IMG/VR virus record: IMGVR_UViG_3300005764_000004
Location: 1-47,535 of that record
Origin: a virus
Taxonomy: Duplodnaviria > Caudoviricetes
Direction: 5' to 3' (one strand)
DNA length: 47,535 nt
The notes under the pieces: generated by a model
Seen by the model: the letters and a program-made list of their open reading frames with translations, nothing else
What the model was told of the DNA's origin: nothing
Databases searched by the model: none
Shown here: positions 34,277 to 44,362 of the stretch, piece after piece
How positions within the stretch are numbered: the first letter of the stretch is position 1
Layout: each line of letters opens with the position of its first letter
Program-made: the position numbers and the translations under genes

Positions 34277-36242
34277 ATCGCGCCAGGCCATACCCGGCCC
34301 GGGGATCCCCGACTCCGAGCGCGAAGCCGTGACTCGGATCATGGAGAAGGTCACGCTGTTCGAGGACTCCGTGGGAACCGACTTCCGCGAACGCTGCCTG
34401 CGCTTCTACCGCCAGTACCGCGGCTTTCGCCAGTTCCGCGACGCCTGGACCAAGGCCGGCCCCAACGACCGCGACGAAATCCTGCACGACGCGAAGAAAC
34501 ATTGGGGCGCGCACCTGCATATCCCGCTCAGCTTCCGCACGATCGAGTCGGTCGTGCCCAAGGCGATCGCGCAGGCTCCGAAAATGCTGATTCAGCCGCG
34601 CGATGAACAGTGGCGCAAGAACCTCGAAGCCGTGCGCCTCTTGGTCAACCGCCAGCAGGATCAGATCTCGATCGACCTGCCTTTCCAGGCCGTCATGCGC
34701 TCCGGGCGGATCTACGGGCTCGGCGTGGGCAAGTCCTACTGGCGCAAGGAGCTCGCCAACCGCCGGCGCGTGCAGCGCAACATGTTCCGCCCGGGCTACC
34801 GCGTGGGCGAGCTGCAGCCGGAGGTGACATTCGACGATCCGTTCTTCGAGGACGTCGACGTGTTCGACTTCCTGTGGGACCCCTACGGCTCGGATCTGGA
34901 CACCTGCGAGTGGGTCGCGCACCGTATCTGGATGAGCACCCAGGCCGTGCTGCAGCGCACCCAGGAAGGCGTCTGGAACACCCAGAGCGCCGGCACGCTC
35001 GATGAGGACGCCGTGCGCTCGCTCGGCGGCTCCGGGCAGCGCTACGACGAAATCTGGACCGATCGCCTGGAAGTCTCGGGCTTTCGCTCCTGGACGAAGA
35101 TGGGCCGTGGCGAGCAGCCGCACGAGCTGATCGAGTGGCACGACGGCGAACGGGTGCTCACCGTGCTCGACCGCCAGATACTCGTCCAAGACGCCGAGAA
35201 CCCTTGCTGCGGCACGATGCCCTTCCAGATCTACCGGCCCACGCCGCTGAACAAGCAGTTCGTCGGGATCGGCGACCTCGAGCCGCTCGAACACCTCCAG
35301 CGCGAGCTCGACACGCTGCGAAGCCAGCGCCGCGACTCGGCCACGATCGCGCTTTGCGCGAGCTACGTCTTCGACGATCAGATGATCGACGAAGAGGACC
35401 TCGTGTTCGGGCCGGGGACCGCGATCCGCTCCAACGGCGACCCGACCCGCGCGCTGTTCCCGATCCCGGTCAAGGAGATCCCGGGCTCGGGCTACCAGGA
35501 GGAGCAGGTGATCCGCCAGGACATCGAAGCCGTCTCGGGGATCGCCGACGCGCTCGACCCGCGCACCGGCGCCAACACCTCGACGGCCACCGAGGCGCAG
35601 CTCGTGCAGGCGTCCCTCGGTGCCCGGATCACGCTCTCCGCGCGGCGCTTCGAGCTCGAAGTGGTGGAGGAAGCCGCTCGCGCGTTCCTGCGACTGGACC
35701 AGCGCATGATCACCGAGAACCGCCCCGCGCTGCAGGTGCCCGAAGAAGGCGTGTCCGAAGAGGAGGCGTGGGAGACGGGCGCGTGGCATCAGTACCCGAT
35801 CGGGCCGGGCGAGCTGATGGGCGAATACGAGATTCAGGTCGAAGGCGGCTCGATGGCCGCGCGCAACGTGCCCCAGGACCGCGCCGACGCCCAGCTGCTC
35901 ATGAACCTGTTCGGGCACTCGTGGTACGTGAACCCGACCAAGCCGCTCGAACGCGCGCTCGAACTCTGCGGCGTCAAACACCCGAAGAGCTGGATGAAGG
36001 CCCAGGAACCGCCGATCCCGCGCCAGGCCCTCTCCTTCCTCGAACTCGCGGGCGTGGACCCGCAGCTGATCGAGCAGGCCGCGATGAAGGCGCGCACCGT
36101 CTCCTCGCCCCAGGAAGGGCCGGATCAGAACATGGTCACGGCGATGATGGGCGGAGCCGCCGCCGCGCCCGGCCTCGGCACCGCATCGGCGAACGGAGCC
36201 GCGGCGGCTGCCTCCGCCGGACCCGCGCCGGGAGTGCGATGA
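34269..36242 (+). CDS. Portal protein
   Basis: 657 aa between terminase and scaffold; FLWDP, GIG..EPL..LQ.ELD and TATEA motifs typical of P22/T7-like portals. Confidence 0.9.
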   Translation: MAESRQAIPGPGIPDSEREAVTRIMEKVTLFEDSVGTDFRERCLRFYRQYRGFRQFRDAWTKAGPNDRDEILHDAKKHWGAHLHIPLSFRTIESVVPKAIAQAPKMLIQPRDEQWRKNLEAVRLLVNRQQDQISIDLPFQAVMRSGRIYGLGVGKSYWRKELANRRRVQRNMFRPGYRVGELQPEVTFDDPFFEDVDVFDFLWDPYGSDLDTCEWVAHRIWMSTQAVLQRTQEGVWNTQSAGTLDEDAVRSLGGSGQRYDEIWTDRLEVSGFRSWTKMGRGEQPHELIEWHDGERVLTVLDRQILVQDAENPCCGTMPFQIYRPTPLNKQFVGIGDLEPLEHLQRELDTLRSQRRDSATIALCASYVFDDQMIDEEDLVFGPGTAIRSNGDPTRALFPIPVKEIPGSGYQEEQVIRQDIEAVSGIADALDPRTGANTSTATEAQLVQASLGARITLSARRFELEVVEEAARAFLRLDQRMITENRPALQVPEEGVSEEEAWETGAWHQYPIGPGELMGEYEIQVEGGSMAARNVPQDRADAQLLMNLFGHSWYVNPTKPLERALELCGVKHPKSWMKAQEPPIPRQALSFLELAGVDPQLIEQAAMKARTVSSPQEGPDQNMVTAMMGGAAAAPGLGTASANGAAAAASAGPAPGVR

Positions 36243-36985
36243 GCTACCAGCCACCGCAGGCGGCGCAGGAACCTCCGGAAACCACGCCGCTCGGTGCCCC
36301 GACCGGCGCGCAGCCGACGCCCGCAGTCTCGCCCACGGCGCTGCTCGACGCGCTGATCTCGCGCAACCTCGAGTCGCTCCCAGCCCCGGTCAAGAGCTCG
36401 GCGACGCCGCTCGAAGGCTATCCGCAGCTCCCGAACCCGAACCCGAACGCCGCGCCGCCGCTGTACGGCGAACCGCCGGGCGAGGGCTACCTCTACGCGC
36501 GCGACCCCGAGACGCGCCAGCGCGCGATGGTCACGACCAGCCCCGACGTCGTGCGCGACATGCTGCTGCGGGCGATGGAAACCGCCGCCCAGAACGCGCT
36601 CCTGCCCTTCTCGGAAACCGACGTGGAGAAGCAGGGCCGCGCCGCGCTCGCGTTCGCGCAGGCGTACCTGTTGATCGACCCGTCTGTCGACTCCGAAGGC
36701 GTCAACGTCGCCCACAAGGCCGCCGTCGGCGCGATGGCGCACATGGCCCAGGAAGCCGCCAAGCCCAGCGCTCCGGCTGCTAAGCCTCGCAGCGCCGGCG
36801 GCGCTCAGGCCGCCGGCTCAAGCGTGGTCAAGAAAGGGCCGACCGTGGGCGCCCACTCCCAGCCGCCGCACGTGATCACGAGCCAGGCCGGGCAGATGCT
36901 CTCCGAAATGCACCAGAACGCCGAAGCGGTGCTCAAAGGCGCCCGCGGCTCGCTCCCGCGCCCGCGCCCCCGGGTCAATGCTTAG
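36239..36985 (+). CDS. Hypothetical Pro/Ala-rich protein (248 aa)
   Basis: ATGA coupling with the portal gene. Confidence 0.65.
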   Translation: MSYQPPQAAQEPPETTPLGAPTGAQPTPAVSPTALLDALISRNLESLPAPVKSSATPLEGYPQLPNPNPNAAPPLYGEPPGEGYLYARDPETRQRAMVTTSPDVVRDMLLRAMETAAQNALLPFSETDVEKQGRAALAFAQAYLLIDPSVDSEGVNVAHKAAVGAMAHMAQEAAKPSAPAAKPRSAGGAQAAGSSVVKKGPTVGAHSQPPHVITSQAGQMLSEMHQNAEAVLKGARGSLPRPRPRVNA

Positions 36986-37066
36986 ACGCCTGCGCTTGTG
37001 GTGGGCCTTCCGCCAGACTCGTCGCTGGGCGGAACGTGAGTACGGCGAACGGCTTCGTGTCCTGCG

Positions 37067-37252
37067 ATGAAGCCCACGCGCCGTACCCAGCCCTACCGCA
37101 GGACGCTTGACAGGGCACCCTCGCAGGTGCTCTCCCAGATGCAGCGCGGGCGCGTCGCCGGCCCCACGATGGGCCGCGCGGCTACGCCTTCGCGCTCACG
37201 ACGGCCGCCGTTCCCCCGCGGACTCAAGGGAGTCCGCATCCCGCGGGCGTAA
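37067..37252 (+). CDS. Small basic protein (61 aa)
   Basis: R-rich ORF in the head operon, preceded by a 30-codon ORF at 36978-37070. Confidence 0.45.
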   Translation: MKPTRRTQPYRRTLDRAPSQVLSQMQRGRVAGPTMGRAATPSRSRRPPFPRGLKGVRIPRA

Positions 37253-37264
37253 CATGCGCGCCGG

Positions 37265-37600
37265 ATGGCACGAGCGGAGCTCACGCGACACCTGCGGGAC
37301 CTCTGGCCGGAGCTCGATCGACTGATCGAGGCCGGCGAGGACGTCGAGAGCGTGCGCTATGCGCTGGGGTGGCAGCACGTGTGCGCGCTCATCGACGCTG
37401 AGGTGGAGGCGATGCAGCGCGGGCTCGACGGCGACCTCGCCTACCGGGCCACTCACCAGCAACTCGTCTGGGCGCACGGGCGCCTGAGCGGGCTGAGGGC
37501 CTTCAAGGACGCCGCCGAGGCGATCATCGAGGTCGCCGCAAGGCGCCGTGCCGAACAGGCAGCCAAGCACGAACGCGCCGCGCAGGCGCAGGAGGCTTAG
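37265..37600 (+). CDS. Hypothetical head-module protein (111 aa)
   Basis: Helical; directly before the scaffold gene. Confidence 0.65.
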   Translation: MARAELTRHLRDLWPELDRLIEAGEDVESVRYALGWQHVCALIDAEVEAMQRGLDGDLAYRATHQQLVWAHGRLSGLRAFKDAAEAIIEVAARRRAEQAAKHERAAQAQEA

Positions 37601-37603
37601 CCG

Positions 37604-38338
37604 ATGGAGGCAAGCGCAGCGCAAGGCCCGGCGGCGGGCGACGGCGGCGGAGCCGGCGCCCAAGAGGGCCAAGCGCAACAGCAGGAGTCCCAGCAGCCGG
37701 ACCTCGCGGCGATCCAGCAGCAACTCGCGGAGCTCGGGCCGAGCCTCGAGCAGATGCGCGGGATGCTGGCGGAGAACCAGGAGGCGCAGGCGGCTTGGGC
37801 CGAGCAGCAGCCGCAGCCGGGCTATGAGGGCGATCCCTCCCAACAGTTCCAGCAGCAGCCGCAGCCCGATCTCTCCTTCATGAACCCGGACTCGCCGGCG
37901 TATGACCCCCAGCAGGCGGCAACCGCGCTGGCGCAGCTCATGCAGCAGGAATCCCAGCAGCAGGTGCAGGCAGCGGTCGAGCCGCTGCAGGCGCAGATCG
38001 CCACGATGGAGGCGCAGCGCCAGGCGGACCTGCTCGCGGGGGAGTTCCCGGAGCTCGAAGACCCCGAGATCGCGCAGAACGTGATCGACGTCTCGCGCCA
38101 GTACGCGCAGATGCTCGGGCAGCCGGAGCTGGGCGATAACCCGGCCTTCTGGCGCATGGCATACATGGCAGGACGGGCCGCTGACGCTGCCAACGCAGAG
38201 CAGCAGCAGCAGGCCCCAGCAGCGACGCTTGAGGGTGCCGGCGGGGCGAGTCCCGGCGGCGCAGCCGATGCGCAAAAGCAGTTGGTGCAGGGGATCTTGA
38301 ACGCGGACGGAGCCGGCCGGTCCGTGCTCCCGTTCTAG
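37604..38338 (+). CDS. Capsid scaffolding protein
   Basis: Q/A/E-rich coiled coil immediately upstream of the capsid gene. Confidence 0.75.
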   Translation: MEASAAQGPAAGDGGGAGAQEGQAQQQESQQPDLAAIQQQLAELGPSLEQMRGMLAENQEAQAAWAEQQPQPGYEGDPSQQFQQQPQPDLSFMNPDSPAYDPQQAATALAQLMQQESQQQVQAAVEPLQAQIATMEAQRQADLLAGEFPELEDPEIAQNVIDVSRQYAQMLGQPELGDNPAFWRMAYMAGRAADAANAEQQQQAPAATLEGAGGASPGGAADAQKQLVQGILNADGAGRSVLPF

Positions 38339-38386
38339 TGATCCTCACCTAGTCACTAGAAAACTGAATGAGAAAGGCGGTGTCTC

Positions 38387-39529
38387 ATGGCGACCGTGAC
38401 CGGCGCAATGACGACCACCAATGTCCTCTCCAACCAGCTTGCTATTGACATCGGCAACGAGATCTCCCTGCTTGAGCCCGATGTTCAACCGCTCGCTGTC
38501 TTCTCGAGAGCGGCATCGAAGGAACGAACAGTCGCCACGAAGTTCAAGTGGCTCGAGGACGAATCCAAGGCGCGCTTTGACACGACGAGCTCGACCGCGA
38601 CCAGCACGGTCACGGTGATCCCCGTCTCCAACGGCGTCTACTACCAACAGTGGGACCAGGTGCTCAACACGCGCACCGGCGAGCAGTTCCGCGTGGACTC
38701 CGTGAGCGCCAACGAACTGACCGTGACGCGCGGGATCGGCTCCACGGCCACGGCGATGAACTCGGGCGATGAGCTGATGATCATCGGCACGGCCCAGCCG
38801 GAGGGCGACACCTCCAAGCCCGCGCGCGCGAAGAACCCCTCGCTGGTGGAAAACTTCACGCAGATCTTCCGGACGCCGTTCGAGGTCACGGGCACGCTGC
38901 AGGCCGTCTCGTTCATGGTCAAACCGTCCGAGTGGAACCGCGTCGCGCGCAACGCCGGGATCGAGCACGCCAAGGACATCGAGCTCTCGTTCGTCCTCGG
39001 GCGCCGCTCGGCCTCGACGCCGGGGGCCACCGAGGACAGGACCACCGGCGGGGTGCTGAGCTTCATCACCTCGAACCAGACAGACGCCGGGGGCAATCTC
39101 ACCGAAGCCGAGTTCAACGCCGCGATGCTGCAGGCAATGCGCTACGGCTCCTCCTCGAAGCTCGCGATCGCCTCCGGCGTGGGCGTCTCGGCGCTGAACA
39201 AGTTCCCCGCGTCCAAGCAGATCACCAAGAACGACGAAACGACCTACGGGATGAACGTGACGCACTACACGAGCCCGTTCGGGTCGCTCAACCTCGTCTA
39301 CCACCGGCTGCTCGAAGGCCAGAAGTACGGCGGCTACATCATCATCGTCGACATGGCGCAGGTCGCCTACCGCTACCTCGCCAACGACGAAGTGAGCCGC
39401 GACACGAAGGTGCTGCCCAACCGCCAGCCCAACGACGCTGATGGCACCAAGTCCGAGTACCTCTCGGAGTGCGGCCTGCGCTTCGGGCTGCAGCGCACGC
39501 ACGCGCTGATCACTGGCATAACGAGCTAG
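38387..39529 (+). CDS. Major capsid protein (SU10/DUF5309-like)
   Basis: KFKWLED, NFTQIFR..EVTGT, KDIELSF..G, R.TGG.LSFI, ECGL; strong SD. Confidence 0.9.
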   Translation: MATVTGAMTTTNVLSNQLAIDIGNEISLLEPDVQPLAVFSRAASKERTVATKFKWLEDESKARFDTTSSTATSTVTVIPVSNGVYYQQWDQVLNTRTGEQFRVDSVSANELTVTRGIGSTATAMNSGDELMIIGTAQPEGDTSKPARAKNPSLVENFTQIFRTPFEVTGTLQAVSFMVKPSEWNRVARNAGIEHAKDIELSFVLGRRSASTPGATEDRTTGGVLSFITSNQTDAGGNLTEAEFNAAMLQAMRYGSSSKLAIASGVGVSALNKFPASKQITKNDETTYGMNVTHYTSPFGSLNLVYHRLLEGQKYGGYIIIVDMAQVAYRYLANDEVSRDTKVLPNRQPNDADGTKSEYLSECGLRFGLQRTHALITGITS

Positions 39530-39537
39530 TCCCAGAG

Positions 39538-39582
39538 CTTCGGGCGCCGACCGTAGGGGGACCACGCGGTCGGCGCCCGAAG
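39538..39582 (+). terminator. 16-bp stem hairpin after the capsid gene
   Basis: CTTCGGGCGCCGACCG / CGGTCGGCGCCCGAAG; no U tract. Confidence 0.65.
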
Positions 39583-39607
39583 GTGAACCCCTACGCGGAG
39601 GATCCCG

Positions 39608-40177
39608 ATGGCAACCGAGCAGATGGTGAGCGTCCCGGACACCGGCACGCTCTTCATGGCGCGTCGTAGCGAGCTGCGGCTCGTGCGCAGGCCGATCCGC
39701 CAGACGCGCGACGCAGAAGGGCTCCCGGCGGACACGATCCCCGGCGAGGCCGTCGCCTTCCACGACGGCGTGCTGCGCGTCCCGGCCGCGGGCAGCATCC
39801 GGCTCGAGGATGGCCGCGACGCCAAGCCCACCGAGATCCTTGCGTGGCTGGAACGCCACCCGCTGAAAGACGACATACAGGAAGGCTTCTGGCGCGTGGA
39901 CCCCACCGCGCCCGCACCGTCTGAGGAGGAGCTCGAACGCCTGCAGGACCTCGCGATGGAGCTCAACGCGGAGGGCCTTGAGGCGTTCATCGAGCAGGAG
40001 CGGAAGGGCTGGGAGCGCGCGAAGCTGATCAAGACCGCCGAGAACTCGCTCGCGAAGGTGCGCGAGCGCCTTGAGGACTCCGAGGAGCGCCGCACCCAGG
40101 CGCTCGCGCAGGCGCGCGCGGAGGGCGAACGTGCGGCCGCGAAGCATGAGGGGCCGGCAAGGCCCGGCAAGGGGTAG
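39608..40177 (+). CDS. Hypothetical protein (189 aa)
   Basis: ORF with GGAGGA SD. Confidence 0.7.
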   Translation: MATEQMVSVPDTGTLFMARRSELRLVRRPIRQTRDAEGLPADTIPGEAVAFHDGVLRVPAAGSIRLEDGRDAKPTEILAWLERHPLKDDIQEGFWRVDPTAPAPSEEELERLQDLAMELNAEGLEAFIEQERKGWERAKLIKTAENSLAKVRERLEDSEERRTQALAQARAEGERAAAKHEGPARPGKG

Positions 40178-40180
40178 GGC

Positions 40181-40837
40181 GTGCCCGATAGCGTCGCGCA
40201 ACTCGTCTCCCAGGTGCTCGAAGAGGGCCAGTTCGACGCGAGCGAAACCCAGGCGCTTCGCTGGCTGACGGTCCGCCAGCGCCAACTCTGCCGGCGCTCG
40301 AAGTGGTATCGCAAGACGCTCAGCGTCGGCCCGACGCTCGTCGGCGTGGCGACCTACGCGCTGCCCGAAGAAGTCGTGGAGATCCTCTACGTCGAAATCG
40401 ACTCCAAGCCCTACGGGCACCTGCGCCACCAAGACCCGGCCGAAGGCGCGCTCGGCTGGCTGTGGCTCGGCGGTACGGGCGGGATCGCGGGGCGCCAGGA
40501 CTCAAGCGCCGGCGCGCAGCAGCTCTGGATCTTCCCGACGCCGATCGTTGGCGGCCCGCTGGAAGCAGGCAAGCCGATCAGCCTGTGGGCCGTCTGCCGG
40601 CCGCCGGACTTGAGCGCGACCGACAACACGACGCTCGTGGTCCCCGGCGAGTACATGGACGCGCTCGTCTCGGGCGCGATCGCGACGGGCTTGCTGCGAA
40701 CCGAAGACCGCCCGGACCTCGCGGCCAACCACGAACAGACCTTCACCGCCGCCTGCGCCGAGCTCACCCAGCAGTCGAACCGCCGCTTCCGCGGCGTCGG
40801 CCCTGCGCAGATCAGAGTGGTCGGCATAAATGCGTAA
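40181..40837 (+). CDS. Head-tail adaptor/tail tubular protein A-like
   Basis: Size and position; Y.LP.E, L.I.PTP and P.EY.DALV.GA pattern. Confidence 0.7.
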   Translation: MPDSVAQLVSQVLEEGQFDASETQALRWLTVRQRQLCRRSKWYRKTLSVGPTLVGVATYALPEEVVEILYVEIDSKPYGHLRHQDPAEGALGWLWLGGTGGIAGRQDSSAGAQQLWIFPTPIVGGPLEAGKPISLWAVCRPPDLSATDNTTLVVPGEYMDALVSGAIATGLLRTEDRPDLAANHEQTFTAACAELTQQSNRRFRGVGPAQIRVVGINA

Positions 40838-41273
40838 GTGTGCCTGTGGCGCGGTTCTCGAGTACAGCGGCCACGGTCGGCGCCCTAGCACGTGCCGGCG
40901 ATGCAAACTGCGGCTGCAGCGCGGACGACAGGCTCGCTTTCGAGCGAGCGCGCAGTACCGGAGTCGCCGCAAGCCCGAGAAGCCGGAGAAGCGCCAGCGG
41001 TACACCACCAAGCTGCGCGCCGAGGTTCTCGCGGGCTATGGCGGTCGCTGCGCTTGTTGCGGCGAGACGGAGCACCGCTTCCTAACGCTCGATCACGTGG
41101 AGGGCGGCGGCTATGCGGAGCGCAAGCTCCGCGGCACGTGGCCGATCTACGCGGAAGCGCGTCGGCTCGGCTACCCGCCGCGCTTCCAACTGCTCTGTTG
41201 GAACTGCAATCACGGCCGCGCGCTAAACGATGGCGTGTGTCCGCACAAGTCGCGGCTGAGGGCGGTCGCCTGA
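40830..41273 (+). CDS. HNH endonuclease
   Basis: YGG.CACCGE.E..FLTLDHV.GGG...QLLCWNCN. Confidence 0.88.
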   Translation: MRKCACGAVLEYSGHGRRPSTCRRCKLRLQRGRQARFRASAQYRSRRKPEKPEKRQRYTTKLRAEVLAGYGGRCACCGETEHRFLTLDHVEGGGYAERKLRGTWPIYAEARRLGYPPRFQLLCWNCNHGRALNDGVCPHKSRLRAVA

Positions 41274-42928
41274 TGGCCGGGCTGACGCGCACCACTCAGC
41301 AGCAGTTCGGCGGCGGCACCTACCGCAACGGCGCTCTTGAGCTGATACCGCCCAACGGCTGCTTTGACATCTCAAACGGCCTGCTCAACCTGGCGGGCGA
41401 CGTCTTTCGCCGCGGTGGCTCGACGTATCGCTCGAACGCTCCGTTCGGCTCGGGCCTGCGCTGGATATGGGACGGCTGGCTCGCCACCAGCGGGCACACG
41501 ACGCTGATCGCCTCCACGACCGAATACGGCAAGCTTGAAGGCTCGGGCGCTGTGACGGCGCTCGGCCACGGCGGACAGAGCTCGCCCGGCAAAGCCGTCG
41601 CCTACAAAGGCGTCCTGTACCTGCCGGGCGGGCAGACCTACGACGGGACCACTTGGGGCACCGCGGCCAAGGTCGCTCCCTACTACGCGGTGGTCGCCAA
41701 CCGGCTTCTCGCTGCGAGCAACGACACCGTCTGGTTCTCGCACATCAGCACCGCGGGCGTCCCCGAACCGGCGAAATACGAACCGAACGACTTTCACACG
41801 ATCCCCGGCGGCGTGCAGATCCTCGGGATCGAGGGCGGCCGCGACAGCTGCATCGTGTTCACGACCGGCGGCGTGTGGGTGATCTCCAACATGGCGATGA
41901 ACCTCGTCGACGCGACGGGCAACGTCCAGCAGCGCCTCGACCGCTTCTCGGGCGACCTCGTGCTGTGGGGCGCGCAGGGCATCGCCGCGTGGCAGGGCAA
42001 CCTGATCGTGCCGGGCACCGACGCGGTGTGGCTGATCAACCGCGGCGTGTCCTCCGAAGTGCCGAAATCGTTCACCCGCATCGGCGACCCGATCCACTCC
42101 CTGTATGAGGAATACGTCCGCTCGAGCTACGTCCCGGGCGGCGCCTGCGTGCACGAATCGAACTACCTGCTGCCCGTCCTCGGCTATGGCACCGTCGTCG
42201 ACCTGCTCGCCTGCCGTCTGGACATACCGCACCCGGCGGGTCAAGGCCAGGGCGCGTGGTCGCGCCTGGCGGGCTCGGGCGCGAAGGTGCCGGCGCTCGT
42301 CTCGCGCGTCTCCGATCAGACCGCGCGCGAACCCGAACTGCTCGGCGTCGAACACGAAGGCAACCGCCGCGTGCTCACGCTCAACTACTACCTGCCCACG
42401 GCGGTGAATCACCGCGACGCCGATGGCACGGTGCCGCCGTTTTCGCTCGAGACACGCGGCTACGCGACCGGGCAACTCGACGTCAACCTCGTCGCGCGCC
42501 TGCGCATCGGCTACCGCTGCTCGGACAACGAAGGCGAACCGACGATCCGCGCGGAGGTCGCCGGCGGGCACCCGAGCACCGGCGGCAGCGTGTGGGGCGC
42601 CTTCGCGTGGGGGGGTGCGGCCAAGTGGTCGACGCCCGGCGCCGGCACCTATGAACCGCTTGCGGGCGAAGCACCGCCGTCTGTGACCTCGCCGCAGCTC
42701 GCCGGCGCGCGCTGGGGATCCTTCACTTGGGGCAGCGCGGCGAGCTGGACCTCCGGCCTGACGATCGTTGGCGAAGCTCCCGTGTCGATAGTCGGGATGC
42801 AGATCCACTCCTGGCGGCTGCGCCGTCGTGCTCAGACGGTCCGCTTCCGCCTGACGTGCTCGCAGCCGAGCGCGCAGCTCGTGCTCAAACAGCTCGAGGT
42901 ATTCATTCGACCAGGCGGGAGGCCATAG
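41273..42928 (+). CDS. Tail nozzle/tubular protein B-like (551 aa)
   Basis: FGGG start, RRGG, beta-propeller-like composition; position. Confidence 0.7.
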   Translation: MAGLTRTTQQQFGGGTYRNGALELIPPNGCFDISNGLLNLAGDVFRRGGSTYRSNAPFGSGLRWIWDGWLATSGHTTLIASTTEYGKLEGSGAVTALGHGGQSSPGKAVAYKGVLYLPGGQTYDGTTWGTAAKVAPYYAVVANRLLAASNDTVWFSHISTAGVPEPAKYEPNDFHTIPGGVQILGIEGGRDSCIVFTTGGVWVISNMAMNLVDATGNVQQRLDRFSGDLVLWGAQGIAAWQGNLIVPGTDAVWLINRGVSSEVPKSFTRIGDPIHSLYEEYVRSSYVPGGACVHESNYLLPVLGYGTVVDLLACRLDIPHPAGQGQGAWSRLAGSGAKVPALVSRVSDQTAREPELLGVEHEGNRRVLTLNYYLPTAVNHRDADGTVPPFSLETRGYATGQLDVNLVARLRIGYRCSDNEGEPTIRAEVAGGHPSTGGSVWGAFAWGGAAKWSTPGAGTYEPLAGEAPPSVTSPQLAGARWGSFTWGSAASWTSGLTIVGEAPVSIVGMQIHSWRLRRRAQTVRFRLTCSQPSAQLVLKQLEVFIRPGGRP

Positions 42929-43357
42929 ATGCCGATAATCGTCTTCCCTCACACCTTCCACGACGGCGTTGGCGAACAAGCCTCGGGCGTCCAGGTGATG
43001 GACAACTTCAACGCGGTCTTGGCCGCGATCGAAAAACCCGAAGCCTGGAAAAAAGTCAGCTCGCTCGGCTACACGAACAGCTGGATTGATGAAGCGCCTA
43101 CCCCGGGCGAATACCGCAAGATGCCGTGGGGCGACGTCCAGCTGCGAGGCGCGATCAAGAGCGGAGCGAGTTCTACTGCCGCTTTCACGTTGCCGGCGGG
43201 CTATCGGCCGCTCGTCGTGACGTCGCTAATAGTTGCCGCGGGCGGCGGCCTCGGCTACCTGCAGGTCAATACGAGCGGCGCAGTCGTCCCGGCGAGCCTC
43301 TCGGGCGGCAACGTCACGGTCTACTGCCACCTGGAGTCCTTCTTCTCGACCGAATGA
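42929..43357 (+). CDS. Short tail fibre-like protein
   Basis: F.HTF.....A...V.DNF N-terminus; V.LRG.I...AFTLPAGYRP C-domain. Confidence 0.7.
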   Translation: MPIIVFPHTFHDGVGEQASGVQVMDNFNAVLAAIEKPEAWKKVSSLGYTNSWIDEAPTPGEYRKMPWGDVQLRGAIKSGASSTAAFTLPAGYRPLVVTSLIVAAGGGLGYLQVNTSGAVVPASLSGGNVTVYCHLESFFSTE

Positions 43358-44361
43358 GCCCGCTGAGCGCACCCCGCCCGATGGCAGCGCCGCGAGCCCC
43401 GCGGCCGGCCTTCGGAGCGCCGCTACCCGGCAACGCGAGGGCCGCGAGAGCGGCGCCGCGCCCGGTCAACTACGCGGCGCGCTACCCGGGCGCGATGGCC
43501 GCGGTCAGGAGCGCCTTCCCGGGCGGCGAAGGCGAACACCGCCAGTACGTGAAACTCGCCTCACATACGCAGCCACCGCCCGCACCGGCCCCGGCCACGG
43601 CGCCGCCGGCGTGGCCGCCGTCGAGCCTCTTCAAGGGCCAGCGCCAGCTCGAAGTCGGCGAAGCCGAACGCGGCCTGCACGAAGCCGAACGCGAAGGTGC
43701 CACGACGCGCACGCGGCTCGGGAATCAGTACGCCACGAGCCTCTCTGAAAACGACCGCGAACGCGCTCAGGAGCTCGCCGACTACAACCGCCAGAGCGCC
43801 GAACAGAACGACGCCTATCAGAAAGGGCTCGGCCTGCTCGCGGAATCCTTCCAGAAGCTCGGCACGCGCCAGAGCGAAGCGGCGAACAAGGCCGGCGTCT
43901 TGCAGGGCGGCGCGCTCCTGTCCTCGGCCGCCGTGCGCGGGGCCAACGAAGCGAAAGAACGCACGAAACGGGCAGAAGCGAACACGAAAGCGATTCAGGC
44001 GCTCGAACGCGGCCACGTCAGGGCCGGCGAAACGCTCGACCGCGCCCGCGCACGGCTGATCGAAGAAGAGGCGCCGCCGGATGAAGCCAACCCGGTCGGT
44101 GGGATCAAGTACCAGGACCTCGCGACGCACCTCGCCAACCTGCAGGCGAACACGGCTTGGTTCGGGCAGGAGCAGCAGTCGCTCGCCGGGCAGGAAGCGG
44201 CCGAAGCGGGCTGGGGCGGCTACCCGACCGTGAGCGCGCCACCGGCCCCCACGGCGCCAGCGCACCCGCGGGCCGCCGCCGCGGTCAGAGCCGCCTTCCC
44301 CGGGGGCACCGCTCAGCAGCGCGCCTGGATCAAAGCCCACTCGCGGGTCAGGGGACGCTGA
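43354..44361 (+). CDS. Internal virion/ejection protein 1 (335 aa)
   Basis: ATGA coupling; helical A/E/Q/R-rich; position. Confidence 0.65.
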   Translation: MSPLSAPRPMAAPRAPRPAFGAPLPGNARAARAAPRPVNYAARYPGAMAAVRSAFPGGEGEHRQYVKLASHTQPPPAPAPATAPPAWPPSSLFKGQRQLEVGEAERGLHEAEREGATTRTRLGNQYATSLSENDRERAQELADYNRQSAEQNDAYQKGLGLLAESFQKLGTRQSEAANKAGVLQGGALLSSAAVRGANEAKERTKRAEANTKAIQALERGHVRAGETLDRARARLIEEEAPPDEANPVGGIKYQDLATHLANLQANTAWFGQEQQSLAGQEAAEAGWGGYPTVSAPPAPTAPAHPRAAAAVRAAFPGGTAQQRAWIKAHSRVRGR

Positions 44362-44362
44362 G

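Noticed and set aside
34206-40432. Long antisense and alternate-frame ORFs (e.g. 34206..36254, 38345..40432, 35135..36238; also 6558..8069)
   Set aside because: These are shadow ORFs expected at high GC opposite well-supported genes, and have no motifs.
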